Shown piece by piece: positions 29,266-38,633 of a stretch of 41,081 nt of DNA. A program made the translations under genes and the position numbers. The stretch's first letter is position 1. Every line of letters starts with the position of its first letter. Below the pieces are notes generated by a model. That model had not been told where the DNA came from, did not search any database, and saw only the letters and a program-made list of their open reading frames with translations. The DNA comes from a virus. Its lineage: Duplodnaviria > Heunggongvirae > Uroviricota > Caudoviricetes. Location of the stretch: IMG/VR virus record IMGVR_UViG_646206259_000005; one strand, written 5' to 3'.

Positions 29266-31146
29266 TTAATACTCCGTCACGTTTTCCTGTCGCCACGCCT
29301 CGTCATATTCCGATTTCGGCATATTGGCGATGTAGCTATATGGCGATCCTGATTCAAGTTGCAGGAACTGGTGCGATTGCTCGTCAAGGAACAACGGGAC
29401 ACCACCTTCCCAACCTTCGCCGTTACGTTGTTTTTCAAGCATCAAAACAGATGCCGGAGATGCCAGTAGCTGTTCGTCCTTCTCTGACATCTTTTCACCA
29501 CTCTGAACTCTCTGTAACGCTCTCTCGCGAGCCTTGTTACGCCAGATGATGAAAAGGTTGTCTGTCAGGTCTGTTATCGCTCCAGAGCCTTTTACGTCCA
29601 TTTTCCCGGTTGGTTTTTCTTCGCTGTCTCCTTTTCGCGAGTGAGTAACGAGAATGACGTGGGAGTTTGTTTTGTTTTTGAAGTCGCAAATCGAGTCAAC
29701 AAACGCCTTCTGCCCGTTATAGTCATCGTCGCCTATGCCACATTTCATCAGGCTGTCGATGATGAATAACTGGATCCCGTATCGGCGGCGAGCGTAGTCG
29801 AATATTTCGATCAGCCTGTCGGCTTTCGCCGTTCCGGTCAGGCCAAACACCCAAAGTCTTTCGTCATAAAATTTAAATGCAGAGTCAATTTCCAGCACTG
29901 GCGGCATCTTGCAGCACGTCGCCTGACGGGTAAGTCGCTTAAGGAGAATGCCTGGCTTCAGCTCAAGTGACGCGATGCACGTCTTCACACCCTGACGCAT
30001 TGCCTCAAGTGCCATATGCCCGACAACCTCCGTTTTTCCGTGACCGTTCACACCATTGACCAGCGTCAACTCTGCCTCACGGAACTGGAATTTATCTGCC
30101 AGAGATTCCCACGGTGGATTAAACAGATACTGCTGCTTGCCGTAGAAAGCGTTGATAGTGTCCTGGTAAAACTCTCGCGCGCTGTAGAGTTCTTCAGGAT
30201 CGAAGTAGGATGCCGTGCCGATGTACTGCCAGATTTCATCCTCGGTAACACCGTTCATCAGGCATTCGTTGATGTCTTTGTACGGCAGAGTAACAAGACG
30301 GCAACGATGTTCACCGAGTCGGCTTGCGATTTCCCTTGCGGCTTCACGACCAACATCATCAACGTCCATCGAGATGAATATTTCCTCAAACCTGTCGAGG
30401 TTGTGATACTCAAACTCAATCCACTGCTGTTTAGCGCCTTTCCCGCCACCAAACGGCACGGATAACGCCGAGATGCCATATTGCGCATAGCTCATACAAT
30501 CAATTTCGCCTTCGCAAAGTACAACCGCCCTCACGCCAGCGTCCAGAGCCTGCCATCCAAACAGACAAGGTTCGCAATCACCTTCTGCCATAATGACTTT
30601 CTTCCCGTCCGGTCGCTCAGTGCTGATTCGCTTGACCTGCAACAACTCACCATCGCGTTTGTACGGAAGCACCAGTGCATCAAGTTCTCGTTCTCCATTC
30701 CACACCTTGCCGCTGACAACCTCGTAGCGCTTTACGACTTCTGGCGATATGCCACGCGATTGCAGGTACTCAAGATGGGATTCTGTTCTGGTAACGTAGC
30801 GGGCGATTTTCTTGCGGTCAGGTCTGGAGAATTTCTTCTCACGTTTGGCATCGAAATGGTGATCGTCATCCTTGATTCCGAGAAAGGCTTTCGCTTCCTG
30901 CATAGCCTGATGCAGGTTAATTCCACGACATGCCATCCACAAATCAAGCATGTCACCGCCGTCTCCCTCAGCGAAATCAGCCCATTTTTTCTTGCCGCTA
31001 AGGTTGACCTTAAGGCTGTTTCCCTTGTCACCGTTGACGTTACCGGCAACCCACTCATGCCCCTCTTTCTTGCCGTTTGGCAACAGGTGCGGAGCCACCC
31101 TGTCAACCTGCGCCCAAAGCAGGTCACTGAGTTCACTTGGCGTCAT
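29266..31146 (-). CDS. Replicative primase-helicase (N-terminal primase-like region, C-terminal DnaB/RecA-fold helicase)
   Basis: 626 aa; Walker A-like GVNGHGKT and helicase-like C-terminal half; downstream of O-like initiator. Confidence 0.75.
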   Translation of the reverse strand: MTPSELSDLLWAQVDRVAPHLLPNGKKEGHEWVAGNVNGDKGNSLKVNLSGKKKWADFAEGDGGDMLDLWMACRGINLHQAMQEAKAFLGIKDDDHHFDAKREKKFSRPDRKKIARYVTRTESHLEYLQSRGISPEVVKRYEVVSGKVWNGERELDALVLPYKRDGELLQVKRISTERPDGKKVIMAEGDCEPCLFGWQALDAGVRAVVLCEGEIDCMSYAQYGISALSVPFGGGKGAKQQWIEFEYHNLDRFEEIFISMDVDDVGREAAREIASRLGEHRCRLVTLPYKDINECLMNGVTEDEIWQYIGTASYFDPEELYSAREFYQDTINAFYGKQQYLFNPPWESLADKFQFREAELTLVNGVNGHGKTEVVGHMALEAMRQGVKTCIASLELKPGILLKRLTRQATCCKMPPVLEIDSAFKFYDERLWVFGLTGTAKADRLIEIFDYARRRYGIQLFIIDSLMKCGIGDDDYNGQKAFVDSICDFKNKTNSHVILVTHSRKGDSEEKPTGKMDVKGSGAITDLTDNLFIIWRNKARERALQRVQSGEKMSEKDEQLLASPASVLMLEKQRNGEGWEGGVPLFLDEQSHQFLQLESGSPYSYIANMPKSEYDEAWRQENVTEY

Positions 31147-31253
31147 GATTCCCTCAGATTGAGATTTTTAAACCAGAAATCGACAAACGAAATACTTAAC
31201 CAGCCGTGGTTATAACCAGCGACCAGTAGCGATTTGATTTTTGATTTCATGGT

Positions 31254-32114
31254 TCACCTGTCGAAAAACACGTAGCCAGTTTTCGATACGGTGATTGCGG
31301 ATGATGGTTTGGATTGTGGTTGAATAGTTTCTGGCTTCTCGTCGTTCCAGCGCTGACCGTTCAGGTAGCTCGATGGTAACAACCTGTCGAATCCGAACTG
31401 CTTACCATTCCTGCATGCGATGTCTTCTGCCAGCATCGTGGCAAACTCGCTTGCCGTACCCCTGGTAGTTTTACGCCATTCCCTGAACTGTGTTCTGAAT
31501 GCCGAAGCTGCGTTTTTCTTCCCGGCCTTCCGCATGCCTGCACACCAGAATATTTCCTCGAATGCCTTGTCGGTTTCTTCGTGACGGTCAGGTGATTTTT
31601 CACACTCCGTCCGAACACTTTCGGACATAGTGTTTTTATTATTTCTTTTTTCTTTTGTAATAGTTTCTTTTGTGTGTCCCTGTTTTGGTGACAGCGCTGT
31701 CACCGTTTTGGTGACACTTTTTGTCACCAATGCAGTGACATTATCACCAGAGTAGTGACACCCTTCGATTTGCCATTCCTCGATGTTCTTGTTAGGCCCG
31801 ATTTGCTGGCCTTCGCGAAGGATAACCTTCATCGCGATAAGCTCATTCTTGGCCTTGTTTACCTTCTGTCTTGGCAGCCTGGTAATTTGAGCTAACTGAC
31901 TATCAGAGATGCGATCCATCTTTTTACCGTAGCCGTATGTTTTACGGCATATGGCGTGGGCAACCTTGCTCTGATTTTTCGTTAAATCTGCGCCGATAAG
32001 CTCTTCATACAGGGCATTTGCAAGACGGGTATAACCATCTTCAACTTCTGCCACACGACGCTCCACAGGCCGTTGTGAAGGCCTTAAATGTGTTACGGTT
32101 GCAAGATTACTCAT
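31254..32114 (-). CDS. Replication initiator, lambda O-like N-terminal domain
   Basis: 286 aa; iteron array lies inside its coding sequence, as for lambda O. Confidence 0.7.
   Translation of the reverse strand: MSNLATVTHLRPSQRPVERRVAEVEDGYTRLANALYEELIGADLTKNQSKVAHAICRKTYGYGKKMDRISDSQLAQITRLPRQKVNKAKNELIAMKVILREGQQIGPNKNIEEWQIEGCHYSGDNVTALVTKSVTKTVTALSPKQGHTKETITKEKRNNKNTMSESVRTECEKSPDRHEETDKAFEEIFWCAGMRKAGKKNAASAFRTQFREWRKTTRGTASEFATMLAEDIACRNGKQFGFDRLLPSSYLNGQRWNDEKPETIQPQSKPSSAITVSKTGYVFFDR
31633..31765. repeat. Replication origin: AT-rich tract plus GGTGACA/TGTCACC iterons inside the initiator gene
   Basis: 31687-31704 perfect palindrome GGTGACAGCGCTGTCACC followed by further GTGACA/TGTCACC repeats; AT-rich run 31633-31672. 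Confidence 0.65.
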
Positions 32115-32253
32115 GACCTTTCTCCTTCTGCATCAGCTTCACTTTTTCCAACTCAGCCCGGAATCGACCAGGCTGCTTGAAGCTGGACAGGAAGCGATCA
32201 CGTAGTATGTGTTTGTGAATTTTGTCCTGGTAAGGACTGAGTTGTTTTGTCAT
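32107..32253 (-). CDS. Small hypothetical ORF between cII and the initiator gene
   Basis: 48-codon ORF read by hand; stop overlaps initiator start. Confidence 0.3.
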   Translation of the reverse strand: MTKQLSPYQDKIHKHILRDRFLSSFKQPGRFRAELEKVKLMQKEKGHE

Positions 32254-32288
32254 AATGACTCCTGTGGATTGATCCAGTCTTTCTACAA

Positions 32289-32570
32289 TCAGGCCTCGAA
32301 GAATTCGCCGTTCTTCGGGGCTTTTTCTTTTGTCAGGTAATCGGCAAGCCGCTTAGTCAATTCAGCCATTTCATCGTCTTCGATTCCGTATTCCAGAACA
32401 GCCAGCATCATGCTTACCTGCGAGAAGAAACCATTCTTCCATCGGCTTACCTGGTATTCAGGAACCCCCATCGCGCGAGCGAATGTCTTCTGCCCCATCA
32501 GTGCCAGTTTGTTCAGCAAGGCCGACTCGATGCGAGCCGCTTTCTTGCTTTTAGTTGCAATAGTACCCAT
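32289..32570 (-). CDS. cII: CII-like transcriptional activator
   Basis: [15 protein letters not shown]...QVSRWK...MLAVLEYG closely resembles lambda CII. Confidence 0.85.
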   Translation of the reverse strand: MGTIATKSKKAARIESALLNKLALMGQKTFARAMGVPEYQVSRWKNGFFSQVSMMLAVLEYGIEDDEMAELTKRLADYLTKEKAPKNGEFFEA

Positions 32571-32686
32571 AGATAATTTCCTTAATGATTAGATAGAGTT
32601 GGCTTCGCAAAGAAACGCAAAACCATAGAGATTTGTTTCTGGTAATGCCCTTTTTCAGGGCGGTGATGTGTAAGAGCGTTAATAAC

Positions 32687-32917
32687 TTAAGCGGCCATTA
32701 ATTCAGGCCAGATGCTTTCCCAATCAACCGGATGAAGGTCTTTGCGAGTCACTTCACCATTGCTGAACTTCTCAATCAGAACACAAAGTGCTGCGCCCAA
32801 TTCATGATTACGGCTAAGTGCTTTCCTCAAATAGCCGATAGAAGTTCCGCACTTGGTGGCAAATTCTCTCTGCTCTTCCAGTGAAAGGGAGTTCAGATAC
32901 AAGCGGAGTTCTTCCAT
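32687..32917 (-). CDS. Cro-like HTH regulator (first gene of the rightward early operon)
   Basis: 76-aa ORF divergent from cI with GGAGA RBS; HTH-like GTSIGYLRKALS. Confidence 0.55.
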   Translation of the reverse strand: MEELRLYLNSLSLEEQREFATKCGTSIGYLRKALSRNHELGAALCVLIEKFSNGEVTRKDLHPVDWESIWPELMAA

Positions 32918-32952
32918 TTGCTATCTCCTTCCCGTTGTTGAATAAGATGAGT

Positions 32953-33006
32953 TTACCTGTAGGTAAAAAGCAAATCAATACCCATAGGTTATTTACCGGC
33001 AGGTAA
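32953..33006. promoter_or_regulatory. OR operators: two TTACC-N4-GGTAA palindromes between cro-like gene and cI
   Basis: TTACCTGTAGGTAA (32953-32966) and TTACCGGCAGGTAA (32993-33006) read directly. Confidence 0.65.
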
Positions 33007-33025
33007 TCAAAGATAGAATTAAATC

Positions 33026-33712
33026 ATGGATAAATACGAACAAAGACGACTAAGGCTGATAGAGATAAGAGACCGATTCTGTAATGGAAAGGCCTCAGAG
33101 TTGGCTCGTCGAATAGAAAGGGAACCATCATACGTTTCCAGAATGCTGTATCCGGAAGGAAAAAGCGGAAAAAAACGCATTGCTGACGATATGATGGAAC
33201 TAATTGAAAAATCTTTTAATCTCCCACGCGGATGGATGGACATGCTTGCAGATGGTAAAGCTGGAGCTACAGACCATCTTGAGTTTGCGGGTAACGTTCG
33301 TGCGGGTTTTGTTCCGGTAATTGGTGAAGCCGTTTTGGGAGTTGATGGCTCAGTGGATATGATTGAATTCAGATCCGGTTGGTTAAGCATCTACAGCGGC
33401 GATAAAGATGCTTACGGTCTGAAGGTTAAGGGTGACAGCATGTGGCCAAGGATTCAGTCAGGAGAATATGTTGTTATTGAACCAAATACGCCAGTACATC
33501 CAGGTGATGAAGTCTTTGTAAGGACCAAAGACGGTCACAACATGATAAAGATCATGAACAAAACAAGAGACGGTGATTATCAGTTTAGTAGCATAAACAG
33601 TGATCACCGCCCAATCACTCTTCCTGTTGAAGAAGTTGATAAAATGCATTTTGTTTCAGCTATTGTGAAACACACCAGGTACGTAGACCAGGACGATCTG
33701 CCAAAAGTTTGA
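33026..33712 (+). CDS. cI: CI-type prophage repressor (HTH + LexA/S24 autocleavage domain)
   Basis: 228 aa; C-terminal GDSMWPRIQSGEYVVIEP...K S24-like motif; divergent from cro-like gene. Confidence 0.85.
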   Translation: MDKYEQRRLRLIEIRDRFCNGKASELARRIEREPSYVSRMLYPEGKSGKKRIADDMMELIEKSFNLPRGWMDMLADGKAGATDHLEFAGNVRAGFVPVIGEAVLGVDGSVDMIEFRSGWLSIYSGDKDAYGLKVKGDSMWPRIQSGEYVVIEPNTPVHPGDEVFVRTKDGHNMIKIMNKTRDGDYQFSSINSDHRPITLPVEEVDKMHFVSAIVKHTRYVDQDDLPKV

Positions 33713-34023
33713 GGATAAAGCAGCAAGTGTTTATACCCGGCATAGTAGTCGCTGTTGTAATCATCTGCTTCATATGGGCAAAGTTATCTCCTGTAAGCTC
33801 TAAGCATACAGCTGAACTCATGAAGAAGAAGCATCTTATACATGAGGCAGAATCGATAATTAAAAAGTTCAAAGGCATGTCATACGACGACATGTCATCA
33901 GAGCAGATTGCTATGTATAAATGCGCCATTGAGCGTCTTGACTACTTAAACGGACTCAAACCCAAACACACCCCAGTAGAATCAAAATTGCCGCAATGGC
34001 CAAGCAATCCAAATAGCTTCTGA
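33709..34023 (+). CDS. Small membrane protein translationally coupled to cI (lysogen-expressed cargo)
   Basis: 104 aa, N-terminal TM helix IPGIVVAVVIICFIWA; start overlaps cI stop; followed by terminator. Confidence 0.5.
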   Translation: MRIKQQVFIPGIVVAVVIICFIWAKLSPVSSKHTAELMKKKHLIHEAESIIKKFKGMSYDDMSSEQIAMYKCAIERLDYLNGLKPKHTPVESKLPQWPSNPNSF

Positions 34024-34034
34024 CATCTCCTTTC

Positions 34035-34056
34035 AGCCCGCAAAGCGGGCTTTTTT
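34035..34056 (+). terminator. Rho-independent terminator ending the cI operon
   Basis: AGCCCG-caaa-GCGGGC then TTTTTT. Confidence 0.65.
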
Positions 34057-34076
34057 ATATCAATCCAAAAAATTAA

Positions 34077-34158
34077 TTACCTGAAAATTCAAGCAGGTAA
34101 ACTCTTACATCAATTTTATTTACCTACAGGTATAGACAGCTGTTTTACCTGTAGGTAT
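34077..34158. promoter_or_regulatory. OL/PL operator-promoter region
   Basis: TTACCTACAGGTAT (34119-34132) and TTACCTGTAGGTAT (34145-34158) share the OR half-site consensus. Confidence 0.55.
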
Positions 34159-34201
34159 ATTTTAGGCCATCAGCAGGACGCACTGACCACCATGAAGGTG
34201 A

Positions 34202-34232
34202 CGCTCTTAAAAATTAAGCCCTGAAGAAGGGT
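34202..34232 (+). promoter_or_regulatory. nutL site (boxA CGCTCTTA, boxB GCCCTGAAGAAGGGT)
   Basis: Near identical to remembered lambda nutL, with one boxB stem change (C to T). Confidence 0.7.
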
Positions 34233-34430
34233 AGCATTCAAAGCAGAAGGCTTTGGGATTGGATGAATGAGCAGGCTGATGCTCGACCAATGTATAAACA
34301 GCGCTCATGGCAAGCAGTAACCAATCTGCGCCTCAAGACAGCGTCACTGGTAGTGCGGGCGCTCTAACCAGTAAGCCGGGGTTCAGCGCCGGCCATCCAA
34401 TCACCAAAGCTAACTGACAAGAGAATCCAG

Positions 34431-34727
34431 ATGGATGCACAAACACGCCGCCGCGAACGTCGCGCAGAGAAACAGGCTCAATGGAAAGCAGCAAATCCCC
34501 TGTTGGTTGGGGTAAGCGCAAAACCAGTTAACCGCCCTATTCTCTCGCTGAATCGCAAACCAAAATCACGAGTAGAAAGCGCACTGAATCCGATAGACCT
34601 TACAGTGCTGGCTGAATACCACGAACAGATTGAAAGCAACCTGCAACGTATTGAGCGCAAGAATCAGCGCACATGGTACAGCAAGCCNNNNNNNNNNNNN
34701 NNNNNNNACGTAGTGAAATGGGTGTGA
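34431..34727 (+). CDS. N: Antiterminator N (lambda-type), 3' end interrupted by assembly gap
   Basis: MDAQTRRRERRAEKQAQWKAANPLLVGVSAKPVNRPILSLNRKPKSRVESALNPIDLTVLAEYH... essentially lambda N; run of N bases inside ORF. Confidence 0.85.
   Translation: MDAQTRRRERRAEKQAQWKAANPLLVGVSAKPVNRPILSLNRKPKSRVESALNPIDLTVLAEYHEQIESNLQRIERKNQRTWYSKXXXXXXXXVVKWV
34688..34707. other. Assembly gap (20 N)
   Basis: Literal run of n in the sequence. Confidence 1.
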
Positions 34728-34855
34728 CTTGTGTTGGTCGCCAGAAAATGAAATTAGGCAGCAAACCACTTATTTGAGGTGATATATGGAAGAAGAATTT
34801 GAAGAGTTCGAAGAGCATCCTCAGGATGTGATGGAACAATACCAGGACTATCCGT

Positions 34856-35056
34856 ATGACTACGACTATTGATAAAAATCAATGGTGTGGACAATTCAAG
34901 CGATGCAATGGATGCAAGCTGCAATCGGAATGCATGGTTAAGCCTGAAGAAATGTTTCCTGTAATGGAGGATGGGAAATATGTCGATAAATGGGCAATAC
35001 GAACGACGGCAATGATTGCCAGAGAACTTAGTAAACAGAATAACAAGGCTGCCTGA
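34856..35056 (+). CDS. ral: Restriction alleviation protein Ral
   Basis: 66 aa MTTTIDKNQWCGQFKRCNGCKLQSECMVKPEEMF... matches remembered lambda Ral. Confidence 0.85.
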   Translation: MTTTIDKNQWCGQFKRCNGCKLQSECMVKPEEMFPVMEDGKYVDKWAIRTTAMIARELSKQNNKAA

Positions 35057-35114
35057 TGGTGGCCTTTATTTTTGTCCGTAAATAATTTCATGCTTATTAC
35101 AATCAAGGTGATAT

Positions 35115-35537
35115 ATGGAAGAACAAGCAAACAAGATTCTCGTAGAACTTCTGCAAAAAGCCAGTAATGGAATAGACGCGGCTGTTTCATTTAGCCAGGC
35201 ACAGATTCCTGATGTTGTTCGTCAGTTGCTAACATGGAGTTTTGTCCATAGCGCACTTTTCCAAGTGGCTGGGTTGTTGCTTTTAATTGCAGCAATGAAA
35301 CTTCCTAGTTTTGCAAGAACGGCAAGAAATAATGGCGAGAGATGGACGTCTTTAGATGGATGTCCAAACGATAGATATTTTATATCTTCGTTTTATTACG
35401 ATATATGCACTGTATTTGCTCCTATATTTGGCTCAATTATTGGCGTTTTAATTATTGCCTTCAATTTCGAATGGTTGAAGATTTGGCTTGCACCTAAGTT
35501 ATTCCTAATTGAATATGCAGCATCATTGGTTAAGTAA
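35115..35537 (+). CDS. sieB: SieB-like superinfection exclusion membrane protein
   Basis: 140 aa with two hydrophobic segments; position after ral in the PL operon as for lambda sieB. Confidence 0.55.
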   Translation: MEEQANKILVELLQKASNGIDAAVSFSQAQIPDVVRQLLTWSFVHSALFQVAGLLLLIAAMKLPSFARTARNNGERWTSLDGCPNDRYFISSFYYDICTVFAPIFGSIIGVLIIAFNFEWLKIWLAPKLFLIEYAASLVK

Positions 35538-35541
35538 TTTC

Positions 35542-35567
35542 AGGCCGCATAGTCGGCCTTTATTTTT
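35542..35567 (+). terminator. Rho-independent terminator after sieB-like gene
   Basis: AGGCCG-catagt-CGGCCT then TTATTTTT. Confidence 0.6.
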
Positions 35568-35686
35568 GGCATAAACAACAGAATAAACACTGCACTGTGT
35601 ATTCATTCCAACGAGTGAATACACGGAGCAATGTCGCTCGTAACTAAACAGGAGCCGACTTGTTCTGATTGTTGGAAATCTTCTTT

Positions 35687-35714
35687 GCCCTCCAGTGTGA
35701 GGGCAATTTTTTTT
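35687..35714 (+). terminator. Second rho-independent terminator just upstream of next gene RBS
   Basis: GCCCTC-cagtgt-GAGGGC then AATTTTTTTT. Confidence 0.6.
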
Positions 35715-35726
35715 GATGGAGGATAT

Positions 35727-36681
35727 ATGAGTGAAGTAACAGATTTAGTTGTTATTGAAAAAGCAAATGCAATGACTGTATTTTAGTCTGCCGACCAGAT
35801 TGAAGAAATTCTCCAAAAGGTTGAACGTGAAGTTATGTCATTTGTGCCTGATATCACAACGGCAAAGGGCAGAAAGGAGATCGCTTCTCTGGCGTATAAA
35901 GTTGCGCAGACGAAAACATATCTCGATGGTCTTGGCAAAGACCTTGTTGCTGAACTGAAGGAAATTCCAAAGCTAATTGATGCCAACCGCAAGACAGTGC
36001 GCGATCGCCTTGATGAACTGAAAGCCAAGGCGCGCCAGCCTCTTACTGATTATGAGGAAGAACAGGCGCGGATTAAAGCCGAAGAAGAAGCTAAGGCAGC
36101 AGCTGAAGCTCTCGCAAAGCAAATTGAGTCTGACCATGAAATAGCGATTTTGATGGATCGCGAATTTGACCGCCAAAGAGAAGAGGCAAGACTCAAAGCG
36201 AGAGCATGAAGAACGATTAAAAAGAGAAGCTGAAGAGAAAGCCAGAGCAGAAGCCGAAGCAAAGGCAAAAGCCGAAATTGAAGCAGCAGCAAGGCGAGAA
36301 GCAGAAGCTAAGGCCGCAGCGGAACGTGCAGAGCGTGAACGCATTGAAGCCGAGCAACGAGCACAGCGCGAAGCAAAAGAGGCAGCAGAACGAGCTGAAA
36401 GAGAAAAGCAGGCAGCAATTGAAGCAGAACGCAGAAAAGCACAGGAGGAGGCTGAACGAATCCGTCGCGAGGCTGAAGCAAAAGAGCAAGCCAGAATAGC
36501 AGAAGAAAAAAGAATCAAGGACGAAGAAGAGCGTAGAGCAAAGGATAAAGCTCACCGGAAAGAAGTAAATAACAAAATACTTGCTGACCTTATCAAGGTT
36601 GGCGCATCAGAAGATGTTGCTAAAAATATCATAACAGCCATCGTAAAAGGCGAAGTATTCGCAACAAAAATAACCTACTAA
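35727..36681 (+). pseudogene. Disrupted coiled-coil (Glu/Ala/Lys/Arg-rich) early gene: in-frame TAG at 35784-35786 and a frameshift near 36166-36209
   Basis: ATG at 35727 with GGAGG RBS; same frame continues into ORF 35835..36209 after an amber codon; ORF 36166..36681 continues the same repetitive protein in another frame. Confidence 0.5.
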
Positions 36682-37230
36682 TAAAACCAACATAAGGAAC
36701 CACCCATGATTTACGCAATCGCGGGAGGCGCTCGCATGGGTGCCTTCCAACTAAATGAATCTTTACTTGAACGAATCACCCGTAAATTACGTGACGGATG
36801 GAAAAGAGTTGAGGTCTTATTATGCGCAATGAAATAGCCATCAATCACCAGATGCTTCGTGCTGCACAGAACAAAGCAGTAATAGCCAGATTTATTGGTG
36901 ATTCCAAAATGTGGCTTGAAGCAAATAAAGCGATGAAATCAGCTATCAACCTTCCGTGGTATCGCAGGAAATGAGTTTTACAGATAACTGGTCAGACGAA
37001 GAATTCATTCGTCAGATTAAAGAATTAATCGGTAACGAAGGAGATATTCATGTCACTTGCAACCACAGTGAAGGAGAGCAAGTTACAGAGACGCATGTAC
37101 ACGCAGAAAGCTCTCTGGTATCGCCATAATGGTGACCGCGAAGGAATGCGGGTATGCCTTAATTTGTCCCGAGTCGAAGTATTAAATCAGCGTTATTTCC
37201 TTGGGCCGTGTCCATTCTGAGAGCAATCAT

Positions 37231-37836
37231 ATGAGCAAAGAATTTTACGCAAGACTGGCAGCTATTCAGGAGAATCTGAACGCGCCAAAGAATCAGTACA
37301 ACTCATTCGGCAAATATAAATACAGAAGCTGCGAAGATATTCTTGAAGGCGTTAAGCCGTTACTGAACGGTCTGTTTTTATCAATCAGCGATGAAGTTGT
37401 GTTGATTGGTGATCGGTATTACGTGAAAGCCACGGCAACTATTACCGATGGCGAAAACAGTCATACGGCAACCGCTCTTGCACGAGAGGAAGAAAGCAAG
37501 AAAGGAATGGATTCTGCACAAGTTACGGGAGCTACAAGCTCTTATGCACGCAAGTATTGCCTCAATGGTTTGTTCGGCATTGATGATGCGAAAGATGCAG
37601 ATACAGACGAGCATAAACATCAGCAGAACGCAGCAGCAAAGCAATCAAAACCATCACTTACACCTGAACAGGTTCTAAAAGCATTCACTGACGCAGCAAT
37701 GCAGAAAAACACCGTAGAAGAGCTTAAACAGGCGTTCGCCAAAGCGTGGAAGATGCTCGAAGGGACGCCGGAGCAGCACAAAGCGCAGGACGTTTACAAC
37801 ATCAGACGAGACGAATTAGAAGGGGCAACTGCTTAA
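37231..37836 (+). CDS. erf: Erf single-strand annealing recombinase (start at MSKEFYARL)
   Basis: Near identical N-terminal 150 aa to remembered P22 Erf. Confidence 0.85.
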   Translation: MSKEFYARLAAIQENLNAPKNQYNSFGKYKYRSCEDILEGVKPLLNGLFLSISDEVVLIGDRYYVKATATITDGENSHTATALAREEESKKGMDSAQVTGATSSYARKYCLNGLFGIDDAKDADTDEHKHQQNAAAKQSKPSLTPEQVLKAFTDAAMQKNTVEELKQAFAKAWKMLEGTPEQHKAQDVYNIRRDELEGATA

Positions 37837-38219
37837 TGGCACATTCGATTACAGTAAGACTAAACAAACCCGCAAGAGAGTTTCAGGGCGGGGAAAATAT
37901 CGGATTCAACATCCGTGCTGGCGTTCAGTATTACGATCGCCAGACAAAAAAGAAAGAATGGACAAACTACAGCGCCGTTGTATTTGCCAAGCCGGGAGCG
38001 CAAGCGGATTACTATCGTAGCGTTCTGGTTGAAGGAGGCATTGTAGAAATTACCGGAGAAAACATCAGGGTTGATGTTTATCAGGGGCAAAATGGTCAAT
38101 CAATCACTCTTGAATTACTGAATGCAAAGATTGGATTTGCAACTTCAGGAAACAGCCAACAGCAGCAAAGTAGCAATCATCAAAATAATCCTGAATACGA
38201 CGATTCCATCCCATTCTGA
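37836..38219 (+). CDS. Hypothetical protein downstream of erf (possible ssDNA-binding/accessory recombination protein)
   Basis: ATG overlaps erf stop (TAATG); Gln-rich acidic C-terminal tail ending DDSIPF reminiscent of SSB tails. Confidence 0.4.
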   Translation: MAHSITVRLNKPAREFQGGENIGFNIRAGVQYYDRQTKKKEWTNYSAVVFAKPGAQADYYRSVLVEGGIVEITGENIRVDVYQGQNGQSITLELLNAKIGFATSGNSQQQQSSNHQNNPEYDDSIPF

Positions 38220-38242
38220 TTTAGAAAAATAAGGATTTAATT

Positions 38243-38539
38243 ATGCCAGCGCCTTTGTATGGTGCGGATGACCCGCGCCGCTGTTCCGGCAATTCCGTAT
38301 CGGAGGTGCTGGATAAATTCAGAAAAAACTACGATCGAATAATGTCTCTACCGCAGGAAACGAAAGAGGAAAAGGAATTTCGCCACTGTATATGGCTTGC
38401 AGAGAAAGAAGAACGCGAGCGAATTTACCAGACATCAATCCGACCATTCCGCAAAGCCACATATACCCACTTCCCTGAATATATCGACCCGCGCCTGCGT
38501 AATTACCGCTCACGCTATGGCGCTATCAGTAATGACTGA
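38243..38539 (+). CDS. Hypothetical early protein
   Basis: 98-aa ORF in PL operon. Confidence 0.4.
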   Translation: MPAPLYGADDPRRCSGNSVSEVLDKFRKNYDRIMSLPQETKEEKEFRHCIWLAEKEERERIYQTSIRPFRKATYTHFPEYIDPRLRNYRSRYGAISND

Positions 38540-38633
38540 GGAATTTACCATGAGAGGACTTGCTTAAGAGAAAGAGTTTCGGTTCTGTTAATGACAACAA
38601 ATATCTGAATGCGATGTGGCGGAGTGGGAAGAA

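Noticed and set aside
30481-31215. 244-aa ORF on + strand
   Set aside because: Fully antisense to the primase-helicase gene, with a low-complexity translation; shadow ORF
33019-33390. 123-aa ORF on minus strand
   Set aside because: Antisense to the CI repressor gene, which has clear HTH and S24 motifs
35973-36555. Minus-strand ORFs 35973..36518, 36050..36292 and 36217..36555 with Ser/Ala/Leu/Phe/Cys-rich translations
   Set aside because: Artefacts of the GAA/GCA-rich coiled-coil coding repeat on the + strand
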